Shown piece by piece: positions 55,485 through 64,000 of a stretch of 64,000 nt of DNA. The translations under genes were made by a program, and so were the position numbers. The stretch is from a virus: positions 1-64,000 of the IMG/VR virus record IMGVR_UViG_3300035183_001040. One strand, given 5' to 3'. Each line of letters starts with the position of its first letter. Positions within the stretch are counted from its first letter, which is position 1. The notes below the pieces were generated by a model. It was not told the origin of the DNA, did no database searches, and worked only from the letters and a program-made list of their open reading frames with translations.

Positions 55485-57056
55485 TCACAAGTTGAAGAGC
55501 TTGTAGGCGTGCGCGTCGTGCGGGATGTCGTGCATGTTGTTGAGCCCTGGGGTACCGGTAAGATTCGCCCACGTCGTGGCGACGTTCTCGGTGAATGTTC
55601 CGGTAGCTGTGTTGTACGTTGCGCCTGTCATTCGCCCCCCGAGACGGAAGTCGCCGGCTACGCCGGTCACGAAGAACTTCGTACCGTCGGTGTACATGAA
55701 GCGACTTCCGTCGGCGATGTCCACGCCGACAGTGCCCGGGCTTGCACTCGCGCCCCACATGCCGGAAACCCCGTACAGGATGTACTGAAAGTTGACGTTG
55801 CCTCGGCGATACGCCGTGAACCCTCCAGCGATACCGACAAACTTGTTCCAATCCATCACGCCGCAGTCTTCGGGAACGACGGTGCCGCCGGCTTGCGCGA
55901 TAACGTGCTTGCCTTGCACAAGGGTTGCTTGGGTAAGAGCGATCGTGGCGCCATTGTCCGCCGAGATATCACCACGACATAGGCACGCGTCGACGTACGC
56001 AGAAATGAACATGTCGCCAGGTGCGGTTCCGCCCGCAACCATCGTCGAATCTACCTCGCACGTGCTTAGGTAATACCAAGTGTTGTTGATGTCCGACGAC
56101 GCATCGATGAGCACGAAGTAAGACCCCGTGAATCTGCAATTCCCAAACGCGATCGCAGCCGTGTCACGCACGAATTTGTTGATTGAGTCGCTGTCTGCCG
56201 GGGCAAAATCGAAGTCGAGGAACAGAACGAGCGGCTCGTTCGGAAAGCCGGAGGTCTTGTTTGCGCTCACCTTCACGTGGTCCACGACCATGACGCCGGG
56301 TGCGGTGAGGATCTGGTACGGGTCGCCCGCCGCTGGTGTGATAGGCGTAGTGAAGAGCCCACCCGGAGTGAAGTCCGGCAGCACCCACTCGCTCGTGCGA
56401 AGCGAAGTTGAGCTGAGAAGCTTCGCGGCGAACGTGCGTGTGCCAGCTCTTGGGCCGGTCGGAATGAGTATGCGCTGACCGACGTCGGTGGCGTCGAACA
56501 CCGCGCCTGCGTCGGCGAAGTTCCACGGCGTGTTCGTCGAGCGGTCGCGGGCAGTGACAGTCCCGATGGTGCCGCTCTTCTTGACCGTGAGCGGAGGCGC
56601 CTGGAACGTGACCACGACCTGCGAAGTCCCTTGCTCGATGCGCAGGTCGAGCGCGAGCGGGTCCGTTGCCGGCGGATAGGACGTGTAGGAGATGGTGAGG
56701 CTCTGCTTGATCGGAACGTTGCCGATGCGCCGAGCGAGTTCGGCGTTGGTCTTGATCGGGTAGGAGGCGGAGCCGGTGGCGCTGTCGTCGCCGTTCACTG
56801 GGTCGATGGTGATGCTCGAAATCGCGCCCGTCTGCACGCCGAGGCCGGTTGTCATTGCCCCGTCGAACTCGCCCGAGTAGTTGGGTAGGGCGCGCAGTTT
56901 GAATCCGCGGTCGATGCCGGGGATGAGCCTGACAAGGTCGGAGATCGAGGCGGGGACAACGAGTTCTTGTCCCGGCCCGAGCATACCTCGGAGCGGAGGC
57001 GGAAGGAGTACAGGGTAACCGCTCTTGTTCGTGATTTCAGTCGCGTCCATGCTCAC
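55485..57056 (-). CDS. Beta-helix fibre/spike-like protein
   Basis: ITIDPVNGDDSATGSASYPIKT (pectin-lyase-like cap) followed by beta-helix-like sequence. Confidence 0.6.
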   Translation of the reverse strand: MSMDATEITNKSGYPVLLPPPLRGMLGPGQELVVPASISDLVRLIPGIDRGFKLRALPNYSGEFDGAMTTGLGVQTGAISSITIDPVNGDDSATGSASYPIKTNAELARRIGNVPIKQSLTISYTSYPPATDPLALDLRIEQGTSQVVVTFQAPPLTVKKSGTIGTVTARDRSTNTPWNFADAGAVFDATDVGQRILIPTGPRAGTRTFAAKLLSSTSLRTSEWVLPDFTPGGLFTTPITPAAGDPYQILTAPGVMVVDHVKVSANKTSGFPNEPLVLFLDFDFAPADSDSINKFVRDTAAIAFGNCRFTGSYFVLIDASSDINNTWYYLSTCEVDSTMVAGGTAPGDMFISAYVDACLCRGDISADNGATIALTQATLVQGKHVIAQAGGTVVPEDCGVMDWNKFVGIAGGFTAYRRGNVNFQYILYGVSGMWGASASPGTVGVDIADGSRFMYTDGTKFFVTGVAGDFRLGGRMTGATYNTATGTFTENVATTWANLTGTPGLNNMHDIPHDAHAYKLFNL

Positions 57057-57498
57057 CCTCGCCCTCTTGTACCATGTCTCCCTCTGGAGTCACCTGCGAT
57101 GAATCGACGCCGCGTGCCCGCGCCTTTTCGTGCAACTCGTTGTGCGCCTTCGCGCAGAGCGTGACGAGGTTGTTCGGCTCGTTCTTGTGCCCTTTGCGCG
57201 ACAGCCACGCGCTTTCGGGGATGCCGCCTTTGTGGTGCAGCTCCAGCCCTCCGTACTCGCCCTCACCCCGGTCGCCGTGCACGTGACACCGGTAGCCGTC
57301 GCGGCGCATGACGTGCAGAACCAGTCCGGCGCTGAGTCCGCCGACTCCACCGCTTTTGAGCTTCGCGCCTGCCGCGCGCGCCTCCTGTCGAAGTTTGTGC
57401 AGAGCGCGGCGCTCTTCGAGCGAGGGAGGTTTGCGGGCGTGCTCGCCACCGCCAGGATTCCCTCTCGCACGGAGAGCCTTGCGAAGCACGTCTCCCAT
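57037..57498 (-). CDS. HNH endonuclease
   Basis: RRDGYRC, LELHH, NNLVTLCAKAHNELH. Confidence 0.85.
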   Translation of the reverse strand: MGDVLRKALRARGNPGGGEHARKPPSLEERRALHKLRQEARAAGAKLKSGGVGGLSAGLVLHVMRRDGYRCHVHGDRGEGEYGGLELHHKGGIPESAWLSRKGHKNEPNNLVTLCAKAHNELHEKARARGVDSSQVTPEGDMVQEGEGEHGRD

Positions 57499-57505
57499 CG
57501 CGGCC

Positions 57506-57910
57506 CTACCCCGACGTGACAACCTTGTCCGGTCCGGGGCCGCGGTTGATTTCGACGATGCACCAGCTCGGCGCCTTCGCCGCCTCGCGCTCGAGCGCTG
57601 GGCTGCACTGCTTGCATGCGTAGACGACGGAAACCCGCAGGTACGGTTTCGGAGTGCCGTCGCCTTCGTCGATTTGAACAAGCTGCTCGACCAGCGACTG
57701 CGGACTGCACGATGCGAGCGCGTCGAGCGCGCCGTTGCGCCTGCGCATCTCGCTCAGAGGAGCCATGACAATGACGCGAGTGATCGGAGGCGCACCGCAC
57801 GCCTGACACTTCGCGCCGACGGGAAAGGCGTACTTGGAGTGATACTCCTCGGCCGTGTAGCGCCCGCCGAAGAGTTTGCGACGGTGGATGACGCTACTGC
57901 TCTGACTCAC
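57506..57910 (-). CDS. Zn-finger hypothetical protein
   Basis: CQAC...CKQC. Confidence 0.6.
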   Translation of the reverse strand: MSQSSSVIHRRKLFGGRYTAEEYHSKYAFPVGAKCQACGAPPITRVIVMAPLSEMRRRNGALDALASCSPQSLVEQLVQIDEGDGTPKPYLRVSVVYACKQCSPALEREAAKAPSWCIVEINRGPGPDKVVTSG

Positions 57911-58389
57911 CAGGACCTCCGACTTGCAGCATAGCGCACGGCGGGGCTCTTTGCTCCGTACGTTTGGGAGATCCAGTCCCAGGTAACTGCTCCTGGACCT
58001 CGGCCGACTCGAAGCGCGCGGTCGTCGATGTACAGGTCGGCCGAGACCTTGCCTTGGTTACCGTAGTCGATGGCGGAGAAGACCCCTGGCAGTTCCTTCT
58101 CGACGAACCTAACCATCTGCTCGAAGCGAGCCTGGTTGATGGGCAAGTTGCGCCTCCAGAACCCTTCGTTGAAGGGGACAACACCGAGGGCGTAGAGCGG
58201 ATCGTGATGCCAATCGTCGCGCAGGGCGAGGTTGGCGCGGCTGCTGTAGAGGATGAGGATGTGCCCGGCGCGCTTGAGCGCGATGAGGGCTTCTTTCGCC
58301 CCGGGGAGGAACTCGAGCGGGGTCTCGACGTCCTCGTAGGGCCTGTCCTGGCTGACGATCGTACCGTCGAAGTCTACAGCGATCTTCAT
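57907..58389 (-). CDS. HAD-superfamily phosphatase
   Basis: IAVDFDGTI, YSSR, KVSADLYIDDRA. Confidence 0.88.
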   Translation of the reverse strand: MKIAVDFDGTIVSQDRPYEDVETPLEFLPGAKEALIALKRAGHILILYSSRANLALRDDWHHDPLYALGVVPFNEGFWRRNLPINQARFEQMVRFVEKELPGVFSAIDYGNQGKVSADLYIDDRALRVGRGPGAVTWDWISQTYGAKSPAVRYAASRRSW

Positions 58390-58829
58390 CGTCGTTCGGC
58401 TTGGCGGCGCAGTTTTTCGGGCAAGTAGCGGTGGTGCTTGCGCGCAATCCAGTCAAGGATGCGCGTTTCGTCCCGGCACCGAAAGCGCTTCGTTGGACTG
58501 CCGCGCTCCATCGCCGCGTCCATCAGTCCGAGTTCGACCCATTCGAGCAGGGCGCTGAAGGGGACGCAGTACCGGTCGCACCAGAAGCGCGACGTGCCCC
58601 ATCCCTCCTCGATGCGTAGGCGCTCGACGATGCGCAACACCATGCCCGTGTCAGGATCGCGGTAAGCAACGCCGGCGCGCATGGGCGAGTCGGGAGAATC
58701 GGGCGGAATGGGGGACAGGTCGAGGATGCGCCCGCTGCCATCCAGGTCCACCGCAGGTGTTGGAGGTTGCGGACGGTAGCCGAGCGAGAAGGCAACCGGG
58801 CGTCCGCCGACGAAGATTCTGCTTCCCAT
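58386..58829 (-). CDS. Hypothetical protein, possible C-terminal HTH
   Basis: MGSRIF start with GGAGG RBS. Confidence 0.5.
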   Translation of the reverse strand: MGSRIFVGGRPVAFSLGYRPQPPTPAVDLDGSGRILDLSPIPPDSPDSPMRAGVAYRDPDTGMVLRIVERLRIEEGWGTSRFWCDRYCVPFSALLEWVELGLMDAAMERGSPTKRFRCRDETRILDWIARKHHRYLPEKLRRQAERR

Positions 58830-58837
58830 CGCCTCCC

Positions 58838-60571
58838 TCACCTACGCCCTCCGCCGAGCCCAAGCGATGGCATGGGCGGGCGGCGTTTCGCCGCCGCCTC
58901 GGCCTCCTTCGGCGTCGGGGCGTGAATCTGCATGCGGCGCATCATTTCGTCTTCGACCTTGGCCTGCGCTGAGCCTGCCTGGGCGCGAATTGCAGAGAGC
59001 ATCGCAGACACGTCCTTGACGCCGAAGTACGGCGCGATGAAGCGCGCCGCCGCCTCCTCGTCGATGAGCCTGCTCGCGAGCGCCATGCCGGCCGCAGCGA
59101 CCGCGCGCTGGATGTCTTCGAGCGAGGGCTGGAAGTAGGGCGGCCACGAGAGAACGACCTGCTCGCCCTTGCCGAGCTCGCGCCTGACAAGACGCTTTTC
59201 GCCGGTCTTCGGGTCCGTCTCCTCCTTGTCGGGAAGAACGATGGTGGAGCGAACGAGCCGAACGACCCCGTCCTCGCCCTGCTCTTTGCGGGTGGTTTGG
59301 GTGAGCTTGCGCGCGGCGCGGAGGAGCTTTTCGAGCAAGCGCTTGATGGCCGCGCCGTACTGCTGTCGCAGTTCATCGCAGGCCGCGAGAAAGCTTGAGT
59401 AGCGGCGATCGATTTCGGTCGCGGTTCTCTGCGGACCGCCTTCGTCGAGGTCGAGCACGCACCGGGTGTGCTCCAGCACCTGCCTCTCCAGCCGCTCGGC
59501 GGCGTCCCAGGCTGCTTGGATACCCGCGGCGGTGATTTCGAGGTAACTCACGCTGCCGCCCTTTTCCGTCTTGATCGCGTTGCCAGAGCCTTTGCTTATC
59601 TGCGAGAACTCCTCGTCGGAGGCTATGTGGACGGTGGGGTCGCAGTTGGCGATGGTGCCGCGGAGCGCCTGTGACACCTGACGGTCGAGCTCCTCGATCT
59701 TGTCGTAGGCGCCGTGGCAGTCAGCGTCACCGTCGATTTCCGACTGCACGGGGGAGTTCTGGATCCACTCGCACGGCACCTCGCCGAAGCCGTGCTCGTA
59801 CTCGACGCGCTCCCAGCGCGGGTCGTCCCAGTCGGGTTCCGGGGCCTGGTCGTCGAGCACAGGCACCTTCGGCCAGACCGTGTCGCGCTGCCGGTCGATG
59901 AGCCGACGGTACCAGAACCGCGCCTCCACGTAGCTGCCGTCCGGGGCGCGGAGAAAGTCGGTGTAGATGTAGCGCTTGTCGATGGCGTCGAGTTCGCCGG
60001 TTTGCGGATCTCGGAAGATGGGCGTGGTGAGGCGCGGGTCGTGCACCTCGAACTGCACCTCGCCCGAGACGACCTTGAAGCCGATGCACGCGCTGCCCGT
60101 CGCGCCGCCGTAGTCGCGCGCCATCGCGCACTGTTTCCAGAACTGCCCTTGGTCGAGCACGCCCGAGAGCCAGTCCTCGGTATCGGCGTCGCCGAGCACG
60201 TGGGCGCTCGGATGACGCCGGGAGCTGAAGAGCATCGCGGTGAAGCGCTTGACGATCATGCGCACGAGGTAGTGCGGCGCGGTGGGGCGGCGGAACTTGA
60301 GCGGCATCGTCTGCCCGGCATCGTAGAAGCCGGGCGGGACGTACTGCGCCGTCGCCACGAACTCGGTCTCGACCTTGGGAAGGCGCTGCGCGCCGTCCCA
60401 GTCGACGGCGCGGTGGTCGTAGTTCTCGCACCGATAGTAGGCGAAGAGGCGGTTGAGTTCGATTTGGCGCGCAGTGAGGCCCATCCTTCTTCCCGCCTCG
60501 AACGCGGTCGCGGCGATGCCTGGGAGCATGCCCGAGGCCTGCCGCACGTCTGCGCGCGTTGCGCTGCTCAC
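58838..60571 (-). CDS. Portal protein
   Basis: IVKRFTAMLF, ATGSACI, EHGFGEVPCEW, VSYLE, TATEI, LSWP; follows terminase. Confidence 0.88.
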   Translation of the reverse strand: MSSATRADVRQASGMLPGIAATAFEAGRRMGLTARQIELNRLFAYYRCENYDHRAVDWDGAQRLPKVETEFVATAQYVPPGFYDAGQTMPLKFRRPTAPHYLVRMIVKRFTAMLFSSRRHPSAHVLGDADTEDWLSGVLDQGQFWKQCAMARDYGGATGSACIGFKVVSGEVQFEVHDPRLTTPIFRDPQTGELDAIDKRYIYTDFLRAPDGSYVEARFWYRRLIDRQRDTVWPKVPVLDDQAPEPDWDDPRWERVEYEHGFGEVPCEWIQNSPVQSEIDGDADCHGAYDKIEELDRQVSQALRGTIANCDPTVHIASDEEFSQISKGSGNAIKTEKGGSVSYLEITAAGIQAAWDAAERLERQVLEHTRCVLDLDEGGPQRTATEIDRRYSSFLAACDELRQQYGAAIKRLLEKLLRAARKLTQTTRKEQGEDGVVRLVRSTIVLPDKEETDPKTGEKRLVRRELGKGEQVVLSWPPYFQPSLEDIQRAVAAAGMALASRLIDEEAAARFIAPYFGVKDVSAMLSAIRAQAGSAQAKVEDEMMRRMQIHAPTPKEAEAAAKRRPPMPSLGLGGGRR

Positions 60572-60585
60572 CGCTCTGTTCCTCC

Positions 60586-60861
60586 TCAGCTCTCCGCGAT
60601 GATGGTCACGCTCGGGGTGCCCGCTGCGCGCTTGACCCAGATGTTCCTCATGCGCTGAGTGCATTGGTAGACGCTACCAACACCCCCGCCGCCGAGCACC
60701 TTGCCAGAGTCGGTTAGGCCGTCGAAGGAGAAGAGCACGGCGTTTGCGAGCGTAGCATTTTCGTTGATGAAGGTGATTCTGCGCGGCTCGAAGCCGAGCG
60801 TGAGAGTCGGCGTAGCCGAATAGGTCGCTGGTGCGGCTACCGTGAGCATTTGGATCGCCAT
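60586..60861 (-). CDS. Small beta-rich putative virion protein
   Basis: 91 aa jelly-roll-like composition. Confidence 0.55.
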   Translation of the reverse strand: MAIQMLTVAAPATYSATPTLTLGFEPRRITFINENATLANAVLFSFDGLTDSGKVLGGGGVGSVYQCTQRMRNIWVKRAAGTPSVTIIAES

Positions 60862-60888
60862 GCGAAGGAGCTTACCACACTCAAGGAA

Positions 60889-63082
<2,194 letters not shown>

Positions 63083-63091
63083 CAGCGCACC

Positions 63092-63134
63092 TTGACAACG
63101 AGCCGAAAAGCTGCTAAGTCGCAAAGCGACTTAG
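63092..63134 (+). promoter_or_regulatory. Promoter-palindrome element, copy 5
   Basis: TTGACA(63092)-N17-TAAGTC; CTAAGTCGC-AAA-GCGACTTAG at 63114-63134. Confidence 0.7.
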
Positions 63135-63160
63135 TTGAAACGCGCCAATTCTCAGTGCAG

Positions 63161-63176
63161 TGTTTCACGTGAAACC
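63161..63176. promoter_or_regulatory. parS-like site
   Basis: TGTTTCACGTGAAACC, 15/16 match to the consensus TGTTTCACGTGAAACA. Confidence 0.7.
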
Positions 63177-63949
63177 TACTGAAGCGTGCGAGGCGAAGTA
63201 GAGCCGCCGCCGCCGTCGTCGCTGAGGAGCGCCGTGTCGACCACACCGTCCTGCCGGGCGCGGGCAATGGTGCGGGCGATGCGCTCAAGCTCACGCGCCG
63301 CCTGCTCGGGGGTAATGGCGTCGAGTTCCTTCTGCGGGTTGAGAAAGTGGCCCGGGTCGCCAACACGCAAGCGCTCGATCTCGAAGGCGGTTTTGATCGC
63401 CTCGTTCGCCCTCGCCGTAAGCTGCGCGGTCTGGCGAATGATGGCTTCGACGGCACCTGGGTCGACCGAGCCCGAAGCCGCCATCCGCTTGTACTCGGCC
63501 ACGAGCATGTCGCTCAGCGCGGAAACGGGGCCGAACAGGCGATTGATGATGACGGCCATGGCGAGCGAGTTCTTGCGCGCGGCGTCGGCTGCGCGCGCTT
63601 CGTCGGTGCGCGCAGCAACGGCGTCCTGCATCGCCTTTTCCCGCTGCTCCTGCGCGATGCGCTGGCGCTCCTCGAACGCCTTCTGGCGCTCGAAGCGAGC
63701 TCGCTCCTGCTCCTCCTCCAGCATGAGTTTGATGGCGGGGCAGTTGAGCTTCTTCGTCCGCCAGCCAATCAACCACGCGCGCCTTGCGGTGCGCGCGTCG
63801 CACCCGCACTTCTTCGCCGCCGCAGTGTAAACGCCCGGATTTTCACGGAAAGCCGCCACCAACGCCTCGTAAAGATTCTGCGTGATGGGCTGCCGACCCA
63901 TAGAGCGCCTACGGTCGGGAGATGTAAGGGGATTTTGCGAGTCGGACAT
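63176..63949 (-). CDS. Putative terminase small subunit
   Basis: N-terminal HTH (YTAAAKKCGCDARTARRAW) and coiled coil; directly upstream of terL. Confidence 0.65.
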   Translation of the reverse strand: MSDSQNPLTSPDRRRSMGRQPITQNLYEALVAAFRENPGVYTAAAKKCGCDARTARRAWLIGWRTKKLNCPAIKLMLEEEQERARFERQKAFEERQRIAQEQREKAMQDAVAARTDEARAADAARKNSLAMAVIINRLFGPVSALSDMLVAEYKRMAASGSVDPGAVEAIIRQTAQLTARANEAIKTAFEIERLRVGDPGHFLNPQKELDAITPEQAARELERIARTIARARQDGVVDTALLSDDGGGGSTSPRTLQ

Positions 63950-64000
63950 GGACACACTAAGTGTAGCACAAGCGCCGAACACCCCGCGCAAAACAAGAAA

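Overview
This window is a large part of a GC-rich tailed dsDNA bacteriophage with myovirus-type architecture (tail sheath, tube, baseplate). No integrase, DNA polymerase, tRNA or CRISPR array is recognisable, and the genome runs off both ends. There are three blocks. (1) 1-12.4 kb, minus strand: an early/accessory arm with a PD-(D/E)XK nuclease, a two-domain beta-clamp-like protein, a MoxR-type AAA ATPase plus vWA/HExxH partner, 8-aa-repeat proteins, a Fis-type HTH, a PcfJ-like protein and many small ORFs led by repeated hairpins. (2) 12.8-26.1 kb, plus strand: a sigma factor, ParB-like proteins, SF2 and DnaB-type helicases, a DnaA domain-IV protein, a primase, and a 7-deazaguanine DNA-modification cluster (folE, second QueD-like T-fold protein, glycosyltransferase, DpdA/TGT-like, ParB-like, queD, queE; no queC in the window). 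(3) 26.1-64 kb, minus strand: terminase, portal, head, neck, tail, baseplate and lysis genes. The most striking non-coding signals are: a five-copy element TTGACN-N17-TAA(G/A)TC fused to a 21-bp palindrome, four copies of which point antisense to phage genes; a divergent pair of sigma54-type -24/-12 promoters flanking two identical 30-bp palindromes; a ~670-nt and a ~270-nt densely base-paired non-coding region in the late operon; a near-consensus parS site between the terminase genes; and a covarying hairpin family in the early arm. A Myxococcota-like host is suggested by GC content and sigma54 use, but this is inference only. All protein calls come from motif recognition by eye, not database searches.
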